Positions 28,704-40,239 are shown, counted from the first letter of the stretch. The stretch is 64,000 nt of DNA from an uncultured archaeon (GCA_963799775.1 CAWCYD010000003.1:1760001-1824000); one strand, 5' to 3'. A program made the numbers and translations. Notes: generated from the letters alone by a model not told the origin.

Positions 28704-30005
28704 CTAGACGGAGATGCGGGACATGAAGTCTTCTTTGCCGAAGATGGCCTCGACGGCGCTCGTGACCTTGCCCCTGTTCGTGACGGAGGTATAGACCCTC
28801 AGTATGTCCATGAACCCCGTGATGGACCCCACCAGTGGGAGTTCGCTTATCGGCACTGTCTCAGACCTCCTCTTGGACTCGCCGGCGTCGTGCGAGAAGA
28901 GGGTGATGGAGTTGAACGTCTGCCGTTCGGATGTGTATGGGACCGACGGCGTGTTGGGCACGTCTATGTAGATGTCCGAGGGCTCGACTGCGGCCCTCTG
29001 GGCGATGTCCGAGGCGAGCTCGTCCCTGAACCTCTTCTGGCTAAATATCCCTTGGATGGTCCTGTCTTTCCTTTGCACGACCTTCTCGAAGACGCACTTG
29101 ACGAGCTTCCTCTCCACGTAGTTTGTCGCTAGCTTTCGTGCGGCCTTCAGGTCTGCGTTCCGCGGTTCGAGGTCTACCACCTGTTGCAGGACCACCTCGT
29201 CTGTGAGCCTCAGTAGCCTCTCGATTTTCGTGAGGTCGGTCAGGTGCAGCTCGTCGTCGGCGAGTAGCATGGAATGGGCGAGCATCAGCTCCGCCGCTCT
29301 CACCGTCCGGTGGAAGTACACGGCCTTGAACATCTCGTATCGGGCGATGAGGAGCGCCTCGAACGCGTAGAGCGCCGCTCTCTCTAGTATGAGGTGGCGG
29401 TCTGAGCTTAGGTCTAACGAGTCGATGACGCGTTGGATGTCCACCTTGCCGTACTCCACCCCCGTGAAGTATGTGTCTCTCAGGAGGTAGTCCATCATGT
29501 CCGCGCTCAGCCCTCCTGCGATGACCTCGTTCATGAAGGGTGGTCCTTTGGACTTGCCGACGCAGAGCTTCGATATCTTGGAGGGAGGGCGTCCGTTCCG
29601 CTTCAGGATGTCCCCGACCACTGATTCCGAGACTATCCTTTGGGACAGGTCCCTCGTGGGTGAGGTCGGTCTTCTCGGTCAGGACCTCCTCGAAGAGGTG
29701 GGAGAAAGGGCCGTGGCCCACGTCGTGCAAGAGCGCTGCTATTCTCAGGTCCTGGATGTCGTCTTCTTGTAGGCCCACCTTGTCGGCGATCGACTGGGCA
29801 ACCAGGCCTGCCACGTGCATCGTCCCGATGACGTGCTCGAACCTGCTGTGCACGCCGCCGGGATAGACTAGGTAGGCGCCTGCTAGTTGGTGGATCCGCC
29901 GAAGCCGTTGGACGAAAATCGAGTCTATGAGCTCGCGTTCTTCCTGTGTGATCTTGATGTATCCGTGGATGGGTCCCTGATTTCGGCGACGTATCTCAGC
30001 GTCAT
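28704..30005 (-). CDS. HD-domain phosphohydrolase, dNTPase-like (frameshifted)
   Basis: IRDPIHGYI, HSRFEH, LLHDVGHGPFSH, DMMDYLLRD, VYFHRT. Confidence 0.88.
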
Positions 30006-30622
30006 AGAGAGAGACTCCTGTCCCTGCGGAGGGCTTCGTCCACCGTCTTCAGCACGGCTGCTTGGATTTGGGGGACCGGGGCGTTCGCGTCGAGGAGCTT
30101 CCATCCCCTTTTCGTGGCGAGGCCCCTGTACGCGCCCTGGGCCTTTGATTGGAGGGCCGAGCTCTTTTCGTAGGAGTCCTTCCTGGTCCCGGGCCTCCGC
30201 GAGTGCAATGCGTGGGGAGATGCGTCGAGCACTATGACCAGGTCTGACTTTGGCATACCCCTCTCCAGGTTATCAAGCCAGTCGATGCTCAAACCATTGG
30301 CGCTGCCATACGCAAGGTTAGACTCGGTATATCTGTTGATGATTATCACCGCGCCCTGTCGGAGGAGCGACTGGATCGCCTCCAGTTTCTCCCATCTGTT
30401 CGCGGCGAAGAGTATGTGCTGGACCTGGGGAGGGTAGGCCCTGGCGCCGGAGAGGAAGGATCTGATTTCCTTCCCTATCGGCGTGTCGTAGTCGGGGAAG
30501 GACATGCGGAACGTCTTCAGGCCACTCTTGCCCAGCGACTTGGCGAGCAACAGGCTCTGTGTGTTCTTCCCCGCCGCGTCGATGCCTTCTATCGTCACGA
30601 TGTATCCGTGGGGGACTTTCAA
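30002..30622 (-). CDS. tmk: Thymidylate kinase
   Basis: IEGIDAAGKNTQ, FPDY, NRY..SNLAYG. Confidence 0.93.
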   Translation of the reverse strand: MKVPHGYIVTIEGIDAAGKNTQSLLLAKSLGKSGLKTFRMSFPDYDTPIGKEIRSFLSGARAYPPQVQHILFAANRWEKLEAIQSLLRQGAVIIINRYTESNLAYGSANGLSIDWLDNLERGMPKSDLVIVLDASPHALHSRRPGTRKDSYEKSSALQSKAQGAYRGLATKRGWKLLDANAPVPQIQAAVLKTVDEALRRDRSLSL

Positions 30623-30638
30623 GCTCTCTCAACAGGCC

Positions 30639-32392
30639 TCAGAGAAACAGCGCCAAGATGCAGATTACGAGGGTAGACGTCAACGCCGCGGCGGCGTACC
30701 TCCTCGCGAAGCGGAGCGATTCGTGGGTGAGTGCTGCGAAGTCGTTCAAGGATTTGTCGCCAATCAATGGTAATGTGGTGTTCGATGTGACCGTGCTTAT
30801 GCTCCCGTGCGACAGTCTGCCCTCGGCCATCTTCTCCAGCTTCTTGATTGTGGCTGCGAGCACCCTTCGATCGCTGTCCTCACCGAGGGCGTGATAGCCG
30901 CGGCTCGTGAGGGACCTTGCAGCGGAGTTGTGAGTGTCCGAGGTGCACAGCTCGATTAGCACGACGCCCTCTTTCTCTAGCTCGTCGGCGACCAGCTGCC
31001 TCAACCCTATCACGGCGTTGTTCGAGTCGGAGGTTATCAATGCGTAGGTCGATCTGTGCTTCCTGAAGACCAGCGCGGCGACCCCCCCGTCGCTGATGTC
31101 AGAGCCGTGGTCGAACCTCAGCTCTGAAGAGTGTGCCACGCCTAGGTCGAACTCCTCCTCCGGACTCTGCGAGTTGTCCTGGAAGACCTTTCTCCAGTCG
31201 ACCTGCGGCTGCTCGCAATCCTTGCCGCCGATCGAGTTGTGCGCGTCTACGAGCATGAGCTCGATGTCCATCTCCTTTGCGGCAGAGATAGCTTGGTCTA
31301 TCACTCCGGGAGGAAGGTCGTCGGTGTTGTAAGGAGCGCTGGACAGGAAGGCCACTATGTGGTTGCCGAACCCCAACGTCGTTATCGTCGTCGGGCCTGC
31401 CTCGACTCTGATTGGGCCTCGCATCGTCTGGACGGGATGGTCGGCCCCTTGCGACCCCACGGCGTTGGCGATGGTGGCTGCATATTGCCTCGCCAGCTCG
31501 TTGGTTGGGAGGTTCCTCTCGTGGCCCCCGACGCCGTGGAGGACCATCGGCGTCATGCCGCTCCTGCGGAGCTCGTGAAATATGAGCTCTGAGATGTTGT
31601 AGCTGCCGACGGGGAAGAAGGGGCCTGGGTGGACGCCTGGAAGGACGAGGGCTGCCTGGTTTGCTGCGGACGCAAGTACGACCCTTGTGACGACGGGTTC
31701 GCCTTGCGAGTACATGGTGAAGTAGTTCTCTAAGCTCGATGCCTTGTGGGAGACCCAGGTCTTCAGGAAGGATTGAAGTATCTCCAGAGAGTTGATGCGG
31801 GCGCTCTCTGTCCTGAACGTCTTGAACTTGACCAAAAAGGTCGCAGTGATTGATAGGACAACTAGGCCGAGTATGGTCGAGTAGATTACTGCGGTATTGG
31901 CCTTGAGAAGGAACACCGATGCCAGCAGGAGCGTGCTCAGCGGTTGAACCGCGGCTATGCAGACGCTCTTTGTCGTGCTGTAAATGAAGCCCCCGTTGAT
32001 GACCAGCAGCTCGAGGCTCCACGCGAGGAAGGCGCCGAGGACGAATCCGTTGAGGCTGTGCTGGTTGTTGTGTGTCAACCAGGAGACAAGCGAGCCGCTC
32101 GTGGCGGGAATGGCCCAAAGGATGTTTGCCGCGAATGTCAGGCCGAACATCCTTCGGAGTGAGATGATCGAGTCGCGGTCAACGGCCTTCATGACGAATG
32201 TGACAAGGGCCGAGGTGACGACGATCGCGATGAAGACGAGGACGGCCGCGGCGACGGGCAATCCGTCCAGCGCAATCAGGGGAAAGACGAGGAGAGCGCT
32301 CGAGAGCGCCACAAGGCCAGAGAGCGCGGAGAACGACGGGAGGACGAACAGATGCCGGTAGCGGCGTGCTAGCTGTTCAGTTGCAGAGCCAT
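30639..32392 (-). CDS. DUF2070 family membrane protein
   Basis: N-terminal TMs, HPGPF, DAHN, DSNN, TSDTH; start approximate. Confidence 0.8.
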
Positions 32393-32403
32393 ACAGGTGA
32401 AAT

Positions 32404-32616
32404 CTACCCGAATAATAGAGCGAGGAAGGCCGCTGCCGGCGTCGTGGTGGCCGGAGGAGCGGGGAATATCTGGTTCATGAGTATGGAGGCGATGACGAGC
32501 GAGATCGCTGCGATGAGGACGATCTCTGGTTTTATCTTGACCCCCTCGGTCTCATCCTCGAAGAACCTGAGCAACCCTGCGCTGGACGCAGGTAGTTGGT
32601 TTCCCTTCTTGCTCAT
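32404..32616 (-). CDS. secG: Sec61beta/SecG translocon subunit
   Basis: SAGLLRFFEDE..KIKPEIV plus TM. Confidence 0.88.
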   Translation of the reverse strand: MSKKGNQLPASSAGLLRFFEDETEGVKIKPEIVLIAAISLVIASILMNQIFPAPPATTTPAAAFLALLFG

Positions 32617-32724
32617 CGTAATTCGTTCTCCGCCGAGGCGTCGCCCCTTTAAAAGGTGTCGCGAGTGTTTGCGTAACGCGGCCCGCGCAAAACAATAATT
32701 ACTGACGAGGGCCGAATAAGCGTC

Positions 32725-34020
32725 GTGAAGAATCAATACAGCAAGGTGATTGCGCTTGTCAAGCAGCACGAGAAGTGGTTCTCCGAGAGTCTGCCTCTCG
32801 TCGCAAGCGAGAACGTCGCTTCGCGCCCTGTAAGGCAGGTTCTCGCCTCTGACCTGGGGCACAGGTATGCGGAAGGTTGGCCTGGTGAGCGCGTCTACGC
32901 GGGCTGCAAGTTCATAGACCAGATCGAGCTGGAGGCCATGGGTCTCGCAAAGTCTCTCTTCAACGCGGAGTTCGCAGACGTCCGCCCTGTCTCTGGGGCC
33001 TGCGCGAACCTCGCGGTCTACTCTGCGCTCTCGGACCCTGGAGACACGATGATGGCGCTCTCAATCCCGAACGGTGGGCACATCTCCGCCGGGAAGAAGG
33101 AGTTCTCCGGAACAGCGGGTCTGGTCCACGGGCTGGACATCGAATACTTTGTCTTCGACAAGGAGAACATGAACATAGACGTGGACGAGACCAAGAAGAA
33201 GCTGAAGTCGATCAGCTCGGGAGGAAAGAAGTTGAAGATAGTGATGTTCGGGGGGAGCCTGTTCCTCTTCCCCCATCCCGTCAAGGAGCTCGCGGACGCG
33301 GTGCTCGAGGTCGGCGCTATTCCCTGCTATGATGCCGCCCATGTCGCGGGCCTGATTGCGGGCGGGCAGTTTCAGGCACCTCTCGGCGAAGGGGCCCATG
33401 TGATGACCTTCAGCACGCATAAGACGCTCTTCGGTCCGCAGGGAGGGGTGATTGTCTCGAAGGCTCAATACGGAGACGCCCTGAAGAAGTCCGTTTTCCC
33501 GGGAACTTCGAGCAACCACCATCTCCACAACGTGGCCGCGAAGGCCCTGACTTTCGCAGAGTTCCTGAAGTTCGGGGACGCGTACGCAAAAGCTGTGGTC
33601 TCTAACGCGAAGGTGTTGGCCGAGAGCCTAGCAGCGAAGGGAGAGAACGTGCTTGGGGAGAACCATGGGTATACGAGCTCGCACCAAGTAGCCATGGACG
33701 TGACAAGATATGGGGACGGCGGCAAGGTGGAAAAGAAGCTCGAGGACATGAACATCATCGCGAACCGCCAGCTGCTCCCTGGCGACCTCCAGGCTGGAAG
33801 GCACTACACGAACCCTGGCGGGATAAGGGTGGGAGTCTCCGAGCTAACCAGGTTGGGGATGGGGAAGAGCGAGATGAAGGAGGTGGCCGACATAATGCAC
33901 GTGGCACTGACCACCGACAAGGTCGAACTGGTGAAGAAGCGAGTGCGCTCGTTGCGCAGGCTCCACCAGCACGTGAAGTATTCCTTCGAGACCAACTCGC
34001 CGGCGTACTTTTACCGCTAG
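32725..34020 (+). CDS. glyA: Serine hydroxymethyltransferase
   Basis: LVASEN, YAEG, GGHIS, STHKTLFGPQGG, GIRVG. Confidence 0.96.
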   Translation: MKNQYSKVIALVKQHEKWFSESLPLVASENVASRPVRQVLASDLGHRYAEGWPGERVYAGCKFIDQIELEAMGLAKSLFNAEFADVRPVSGACANLAVYSALSDPGDTMMALSIPNGGHISAGKKEFSGTAGLVHGLDIEYFVFDKENMNIDVDETKKKLKSISSGGKKLKIVMFGGSLFLFPHPVKELADAVLEVGAIPCYDAAHVAGLIAGGQFQAPLGEGAHVMTFSTHKTLFGPQGGVIVSKAQYGDALKKSVFPGTSSNHHLHNVAAKALTFAEFLKFGDAYAKAVVSNAKVLAESLAAKGENVLGENHGYTSSHQVAMDVTRYGDGGKVEKKLEDMNIIANRQLLPGDLQAGRHYTNPGGIRVGVSELTRLGMGKSEMKEVADIMHVALTTDKVELVKKRVRSLRRLHQHVKYSFETNSPAYFYR

Positions 34021-37000
34021 GCGTGCGAGTCGAGGACGAGCTTGCCCTCAGGCTCCGCTTCGGAGCCTGCGAAATCAGCGAGCTCTGATTGGGTGCTCTT
34101 CTCGCGGGCGGGGAAGAGCTGGTCCATCTCCCTGACGAGAAGGTCGAGCCTTTCCTTGATGTAGGGGTCGACGTCGTAGTCGTGCGCCAGCCGCCTTGCG
34201 ATTGCGAGATATTTTTCGACGGAGCCTCTCGTCAGCGTCTCCCTGAGTTCTCCTCCGCAGACTTCGCACCGCGCGGAGACGGTGGGCCTGCGCAGCGTCT
34301 TGCCGCAGCCTCTGCACTTGAACGACTGGGTCGAGTACTTCTTCATGTTCCCCATTATGTCTCTGATGAGGTGCGTTTTGATTATCGATTCGACGACCTG
34401 CTTCGCGGAGACGGCCTGAATCTTCTCGGCGACCTCGACCTGCTTTGCTATCTTGTCGGACAAGGTCATCAGCGTGGAGTAGGCGCTCCTCGGCGACCTT
34501 ATCGTGATCGAGCTCGTCGCGTGAGTGTAGCCGTAGTTGTAGAACTGGTTGGGCTTGTTTACCCTGTCGCGGATGGTCTCGATCAGGCCAGAGGCCTTGG
34601 AGGCGTTCGGAGAGGATGTCGTCAACTCGTAGAACGCGAGCGGATAACTCCAGGCCACGTCGAAGTTGTGGGCCTGGTCGTCCACTTCTGCAGGGAGTAT
34701 GATTGGCTGGATGAGCAGCGGCGTGTCCATCAGGCCCCCAATCTGCGTGGGGATGTACTCGACGGAGAAGTTGAGGAATATGTCGAGGAGCAGCAGCACA
34801 GAGTCGCCGTCTCCGTCGCAGTCCCTCCTCTTGGCAGAATGCCAGCATGGGTTCGCGAAGCAGACCTGGGCGTTGGAGAACCCTATGATTCTCCCGACGA
34901 CGCCGACGGAGGTGTGGGGAGCAAGGCCCACGGCGACCCGGCCCCTCAAATCGTCTACCGTCTTGGCGTTGTAGAAGCGTGGGAGCCCGTAGACAGTCTC
35001 CAGCTCGTCGTCCACGAACCCGGCGACCTGGAGGAGGTCGCGCGCCGTGCCCTCGGGGATTACGATGTCCTGAGGTTTCAGCGCCACCGTCTGCTCAGGG
35101 TCAGTGAGGGGCTTGCCTTCATGGTCGGACTCGTATCCCAACCTGCGCAGCGTGTCAAGATCCGTGTGGATGTTGCTCGGCCGGAAGTGTGTGAGCGGGG
35201 CGTTGGTGATGTCCACTCGGGCCGTGCCGTCCTTGTAGACGTAGATTTCGTGCTTGCTGCGGAGGGCCCCTTTCTCGATAGGCTCCGCGTACCTCGAGCT
35301 GCTCGAGAGGCCCCGCACGCCCTTGATGGGAGAGTGCGCAGCCTCGGGCACTTTCCGCTGGACCGCATCCATCACCTCCCTGATGTCGAGGTTGTAGTAG
35401 GAGTGGGTGAGGCCCTCGACCCTGCACCGGGGACAGGTCTGTCCCTCCTCGGCGTTTATGACTTGGCTGCAGCGCGGGCATGAGAGGAAGCGGATGGTCG
35501 CCTCGCCGCATTCGCCGCACCTGCTCGCCAGCTTCCGTTTCCCGCATGACGGGCACAATATGTTGACCATGTCCACTTTCATGCTCCCGTGCTTGGCTGC
35601 TGCGAACAGATCCCGGGTGGCCCCGCCCGCCGCCCCGACCGGGAACAAGACGTGGACGGGCGGCTTCATGTGCCTGAGCATCGCCTTCTCGGGCCTCCCC
35701 ACCCTCATGCCCACCGTGGCCGTGGTCTGTCTACCGACCCGTATGCCGGAGAGACTGTAGACCAACTCGAGCGTCTCGTCAGGGCCTGACTGTGATTCTG
35801 GTAGCGAATCGAGCTTCTTGCCGAGGGGTAGCAGTGCTTTGATGATGGTGGCCCATTCTCCAGAGATTATAGCAAGGTCTTTCCCGCGGTCATAGGGGAT
35901 TAGTAGTTCTTGCAGCATGGATTCGGTGTGATGTGATGTGATATTCACCTCTATGTCACGTTCAGAGATTTTCATCGTTTCCCTCAGCTGCATCACATCC
36001 CCGGCTTCGAGCCTGTCGAACCTTGGCGTGTGGGAGGGATGGAGAGGAATTCCTAGTTGTCTCGAGATGTCGAGGGCTTCAAGAGCGGTTGGGGTGGCCC
36101 CTCCTTGAATTTCCTTCATCCTGGCAGGTTGCATGCCATCGAGAACGTCGTTTTCGCCAGCGGAACGTAGCGCGTTTGGGAGGTCTTCGAGCCACCATTC
36201 CACCACATAAGGTGAGGGTCCCAGGGTCTTATTGTTCTCAAGGAAGTCACCGTAGCTGACGAGCGCGTCCCCCATGTCAAGTATGATCTCCAAGGAGTCG
36301 TGGTATTGTTCGGCTTCCGCCAGAGTGTTGACCCGCCTAACGGACCCGTCTTTCAGACGGATTGTGGGGCCTTCGATGGAGTCGACGAAGGCTATCGTCG
36401 CAGCCTTCCCTGGGACGTCGACCTTGACTTGGGTGCCGACGACCACGCAGTTGTCGAGCAACGCGGGAATCGCAGGATGGATGCCGACCGTGGAGAGGCC
36501 CGTGTTCATGGCCCTTCCATAGCGGATTCTGAGGCCTCCTCTGACGCCAGGAGAGGAGATGACCGGTCGCCCTGAGATCACCTCCTCAAAGTGGGCGCCG
36601 ACCTTCTCGGTCTCGGACGCCGACTGTTGCTTACCGCCCTTCAGCTCGGGCAGCCAGTCCCAGCCGTTCAGTTGGAGCTCCTTGAGGATTTTGCTGAGCT
36701 TGTGCGCCCTGCCGATGACCCCGTCGTTGAGGACCCTGAGCGCGCCTCCTCTGACCCTGTCCGTCGAGACCCTCTTGAGGTTCCTGTGCACCACGACCTC
36801 GAACGGGTCTGTCTCTACCCCGTCAATCTCTACCGGCAGGTTGGAGAGCGCCACCCTGACGTCGGAATCCGAGACCCGGTACTGGAAGTTCCCTACTTCG
36901 CGTTCGTAGACCCTGAGTTCCTCGATGTATCTGGCAATCTCTTCCTCGCGGGCCCGGTATGGAGAGAGCCCTAGCTTCTTCGCGACGACATCCGCAATCA

Positions 37001-37523
37001 GCACGGAAAACGCGGCCTCGGTCCCGCCTGCAGATCGCATCGGTCCCGCGTATGAGATCGAGGCGTACTCGCTGTTGTCGTCGTTCTTCTTGATCACGAC
37101 GGTGGAGATGCCTTGGATTGGAGCCACTGTCACCCCGTCCGTGATGACTGCGAGGCCTGTCCTCACCGCGTATTGGAGGGCCTGGTCCTTGCTCATCGCG
37201 CCGAACTTTCCGAGCGCTATCTCCTCGGCTATGGCTAGGGTCGCCTTCTCCTTCGTCGTGGTGTGGAGAAGGTGGCGAAGCCTCTCGGCAAGGCCTTCGA
37301 ACTGGGAGAGGCCGAGCATCTCGTTGACCCGGTCGGCTAGATCGAAGACGGTCTTGGACTCGACTACGTCGTTGGGATCGAGACCCCTGGACTTCGCCTC
37401 CTCGGCGATGTTGTAGGCGGACTCGTATTGCTTGAGTATGTCGCCGTAGTAGGCGTCAAGGTCGTGCGGGAAGGTGGTCAGGTTCCTGCTGTGGTCCCAA
37501 GCCGAGTCGGCCTTGAAAGGCAA
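34017..37523 (-). CDS. polC: DNA polymerase D large subunit DP2
   Basis: AGPMRSAGGT, RYGR, KRRDCDGDGD, GGLMDTPL, Zn fingers. Confidence 0.97.
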   Translation of the reverse strand: MPFKADSAWDHSRNLTTFPHDLDAYYGDILKQYESAYNIAEEAKSRGLDPNDVVESKTVFDLADRVNEMLGLSQFEGLAERLRHLLHTTTKEKATLAIAEEIALGKFGAMSKDQALQYAVRTGLAVITDGVTVAPIQGISTVVIKKNDDNSEYASISYAGPMRSAGGTEAAFSVLIADVVAKKLGLSPYRAREEEIARYIEELRVYEREVGNFQYRVSDSDVRVALSNLPVEIDGVETDPFEVVVHRNLKRVSTDRVRGGALRVLNDGVIGRAHKLSKILKELQLNGWDWLPELKGGKQQSASETEKVGAHFEEVISGRPVISSPGVRGGLRIRYGRAMNTGLSTVGIHPAIPALLDNCVVVGTQVKVDVPGKAATIAFVDSIEGPTIRLKDGSVRRVNTLAEAEQYHDSLEIILDMGDALVSYGDFLENNKTLGPSPYVVEWWLEDLPNALRSAGENDVLDGMQPARMKEIQGGATPTALEALDISRQLGIPLHPSHTPRFDRLEAGDVMQLRETMKISERDIEVNITSHHTESMLQELLIPYDRGKDLAIISGEWATIIKALLPLGKKLDSLPESQSGPDETLELVYSLSGIRVGRQTTATVGMRVGRPEKAMLRHMKPPVHVLFPVGAAGGATRDLFAAAKHGSMKVDMVNILCPSCGKRKLASRCGECGEATIRFLSCPRCSQVINAEEGQTCPRCRVEGLTHSYYNLDIREVMDAVQRKVPEAAHSPIKGVRGLSSSSRYAEPIEKGALRSKHEIYVYKDGTARVDITNAPLTHFRPSNIHTDLDTLRRLGYESDHEGKPLTDPEQTVALKPQDIVIPEGTARDLLQVAGFVDDELETVYGLPRFYNAKTVDDLRGRVAVGLAPHTSVGVVGRIIGFSNAQVCFANPCWHSAKRRDCDGDGDSVLLLLDIFLNFSVEYIPTQIGGLMDTPLLIQPIILPAEVDDQAHNFDVAWSYPLAFYELTTSSPNASKASGLIETIRDRVNKPNQFYNYGYTHATSSITIRSPRSAYSTLMTLSDKIAKQVEVAEKIQAVSAKQVVESIIKTHLIRDIMGNMKKYSTQSFKCRGCGKTLRRPTVSARCEVCGGELRETLTRGSVEKYLAIARRLAHDYDVDPYIKERLDLLVREMDQLFPAREKSTQSELADFAGSEAEPEGKLVLDSHA

Positions 37524-37541
37524 GGATTATTGGTTTCGGAG

Positions 37542-38315
37542 TCAGCGCTTGACCTTAAGCTTGTCTCTGAGCGCCTTGGCTATCGGCGAGATTTTTGTCT
37601 GGAAGCCCTTTGCTTCCAAGAGGTTCCCTATCACGAGCAGGTCAGCCCCTGCGCGGGAAAGAGTCACCGCAGTCTCGGGACTCGTGATCCCCCCGCCGAC
37701 GATTAAGAGGCCTTTGAATCGCTTCCTCACGGCGGACACGACCTCGGGAGGCATGGAGTGGTTCGATCCACTGCCGGCCTCCAAGTAAAGCACCCTCATG
37801 CCAAGATATTGGGCTGCAAGCGAGTACATGACGGCTATCGCAGGCTTGGAGTACGGGACAGACCTCACCTGACCGATGAAACTCGTCGTGCTCTCGTCCC
37901 CGAAGACGAGATAGCCCATCGGGATGGCCTCGAGGCGGTAGCGATTGACCTGTATAGCGCCTATCGCCTGGGCTCCGATTATGAAATACGTGTTCGTGGA
38001 GTTCAGAAGCGAACTGAAGAGTATCGCATCCGCGTGACGTGATATGCCTGTGACGTTACCTGGAAACAGTATCACCGGACATGTGACGCTACGCTTCACA
38101 GCCTGCACCACGTCATCAAGGTGTGTTTGGTCGCCAAGGGTAGATCCGCCGATGAAGACGCAGTCGAATCCTAGCTTCTCGGTCTTCCTCGCTACCTCCG
38201 CTGCGCGACGCTCGTCGAAATTATCAGGATCGATTAGTGCGGCGAGGCCGGTATGACCGTGCTTCTGTGAGGTGAGACGCCTTTCTATTGGACCTACTAG
38301 GCCCAACTCAGCCAC
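37542..38315 (-). CDS. Geranylgeranylglyceryl phosphate synthase
   Basis: LIDPD, IGGS, ILFPG, YLEAGSG, VGGGI. Confidence 0.92.
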   Translation of the reverse strand: MAELGLVGPIERRLTSQKHGHTGLAALIDPDNFDERRAAEVARKTEKLGFDCVFIGGSTLGDQTHLDDVVQAVKRSVTCPVILFPGNVTGISRHADAILFSSLLNSTNTYFIIGAQAIGAIQVNRYRLEAIPMGYLVFGDESTTSFIGQVRSVPYSKPAIAVMYSLAAQYLGMRVLYLEAGSGSNHSMPPEVVSAVRKRFKGLLIVGGGITSPETAVTLSRAGADLLVIGNLLEAKGFQTKISPIAKALRDKLKVKR

Positions 38316-38565
38316 CAGATTTTACAAAGTCGTCTACGAACATGTTGTAGACGTCGATGTCTGGTCTTTCGGTGGTGAACCTGTATTCTTTGCGTGTGGG
38401 TGGGTTCGTGCAGTGTCCACAAGCCACGATCGTCACATAATCATGTGATGTCTCATCTAATTGTGATGTGATGCGAACAGCCACCATGCCACAGCGAGGA
38501 CAGCTGAAGACCTTCGGCAGGCTCCTGTGGGTCTGTCTCAATACTTTTCGGCGTCTTCTTCCCAT
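38308..38565 (-). CDS. elf1: Transcription elongation factor Elf1
   Basis: MGRRRRK..LPKVFSCPRC...C..C...IDVY..FVD. Confidence 0.88.
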   Translation of the reverse strand: MGRRRRKVLRQTHRSLPKVFSCPRCGMVAVRITSQLDETSHDYVTIVACGHCTNPPTRKEYRFTTERPDIDVYNMFVDDFVKSGG

Positions 38566-38733
38566 GTCGTCATGAGCCCCCCGACACCTGCATAAATCTT
38601 ATTCTGAACTCGGACGACCTGTTTGGACGGATTCTCGTTCTAAAGGTCAAAATATTACATTTCTTGTGAGATTACCTCTTCGAATATGTGTTTGTTTTGA
38701 AATGTGTACAATAATTCTTAATACAGGATTGTA

Positions 38734-39111
38734 TTGCGTGAGAAGCCATTGAGACATGCGCCTGAAGCTATTTCGGATCTCTCATCCCTGACGCGAGTTC
38801 AGGTAGAGACGATAAAATTACAACGGGCGGTCGCAAACTCTGAAATTAATGTGAAAGATGCACTGAAGAAAAGAAAAGATTCTGGTATCAGCAGGGGTAC
38901 GCATTATAGGATTCTCGCCCAAGCGAAAAACAATGTCCTAAAGTCGCTATTCACGGTCGCTGTGGCCCTTCAACTGGGTTTGGTGCGGCTCGAAGAAGTG
39001 CAGAAGCTCTTCGCGAGCGTCAGCATGATACCTGCCGATGTCGATCCTGAGAAGATGGGTGAGATTCTCGAGCTCGTCCGCGTCATGGCGAATCGCATCG
39101 TGATGATATGA
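38734..39111 (+). CDS. Hypothetical HTH-like protein
   Basis: SSLTRVQ...ISRGTHYRILAQAKNNV. Confidence 0.65.
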   Translation: MREKPLRHAPEAISDLSSLTRVQVETIKLQRAVANSEINVKDALKKRKDSGISRGTHYRILAQAKNNVLKSLFTVAVALQLGLVRLEEVQKLFASVSMIPADVDPEKMGEILELVRVMANRIVMI

Positions 39112-39150
39112 TGTCATATCAAGCTTATATCATGTAGCGTCACACCGGTT

Positions 39151-39714
39151 GTGATACGCATGTCAGAGGATTACCTTCTTGCGATCTCCGCAGCCGTCCT
39201 GGTTGCTTCCGTTGTGATTCTTGCAAGTTTCTTGGTGAGGTATAGGAGCTTGGTCCAGGAGTCAGCCGAGTCGACTACCCTGGCCAAGAATGTGTGGGAC
39301 TCTATGAACTCGAGATTCTCCGTTGTAGACACTCGAATAATAGATTTGATGGCAAAGACGGAGGTGCTTTCAGCCAAATTGGGTATGGGGTCGGTTGCGC
39401 CTAGAGCTAGGCAGGTTCAAGCGTCTCCTACCCAGGCAGAAGCGAGCAGACCTGCAGAAATAGCGAGAAGGGTTGTTGTGCCTCTGGCCGTAATAACGGG
39501 TGAAGGGACTGAGACCGAGTCAAGGGTCTTACAGCTGCTCGCTGGCGGGCCCAAGACCTCTGCCGAGATCAAGGAGCAGGTCGGAAGGTCTCGAGAACAC
39601 ACCGCGCGCCTGATGAAGGCTCTGTTCGATAGGGGCCTTGTGGTCAGGAACGACAGACACAAGCCGTATGTCTATGAGATTACCGACCAGGGCAGGACTT
39701 ACGTAGCCAGCTGA
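39151..39714 (+). CDS. N-terminal TM, coiled coil and C-terminal winged HTH
   Basis: TM at start; SREHTARLMKALFDRGLV.R...KPYVY. Confidence 0.8.
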   Translation: MIRMSEDYLLAISAAVLVASVVILASFLVRYRSLVQESAESTTLAKNVWDSMNSRFSVVDTRIIDLMAKTEVLSAKLGMGSVAPRARQVQASPTQAEASRPAEIARRVVVPLAVITGEGTETESRVLQLLAGGPKTSAEIKEQVGRSREHTARLMKALFDRGLVVRNDRHKPYVYEITDQGRTYVAS

Positions 39715-40100
39715 TCCTTGGGCAGGTGTGACACCCTGTAGACCCAAGAGTTTCCAAACTTCTGACGGTTGAGGACGCCTCTATCGGCGAGTCTTGAGAG
39801 GTAAGTCGAGACTGTGCTAAGAGGTATGGGCGTCGCATTCAGGTCTTCGTAGTCACGTGCGATATCCGCCGAGGAGAACTCCTTGGCGGTGTACGAGGAC
39901 TGGATGAGCTTGAGGATTTTGCCGTATGTGGACGACTCGTTCGGGGACACAGTTTGTTGAGCTCGGTGGTCTGCGGATCCTAAGAGGTCGAGCAGCTCCA
40001 TCATCCGCATGACCTTCTCCTGAGAGAACCTGCCCTGGAGCGCTAATGAGTATGTGGTACCCTCTTCGTCAGTAATCTCGACCTTTACCTTCTTCCGCAA
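39699..40100 (-). CDS. Winged-helix protein adjacent to origin
   Basis: FSSADIA...LSTVSTYLSRLADRGVL; start taken as TTG 40100. Confidence 0.75.
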   Translation of the reverse strand: MRKKVKVEITDEEGTTYSLALQGRFSQEKVMRMMELLDLLGSADHRAQQTVSPNESSTYGKILKLIQSSYTAKEFSSADIARDYEDLNATPIPLSTVSTYLSRLADRGVLNRQKFGNSWVYRVSHLPKDQLAT

Positions 40101-40239
40101 GGCCCGAACGGGATGGCGGGCCTCATAAAACGAGTAATGGTGTGAAGTTGTGAACTGGGTGCAAAGAAAGCTTGACAGGTCTGTGAGACGCCGAACCCTC
40201 TTCACAGAACTTCACATAGCCGGCCGAGCATATGTTCGT

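Noticed and set aside
22826-35483. Long antisense or alternate-frame ORFs (e.g. 22826-24175, 31099-32118, 34089-35483)
   Set aside because: Shadows of GC3-rich core genes with no motifs
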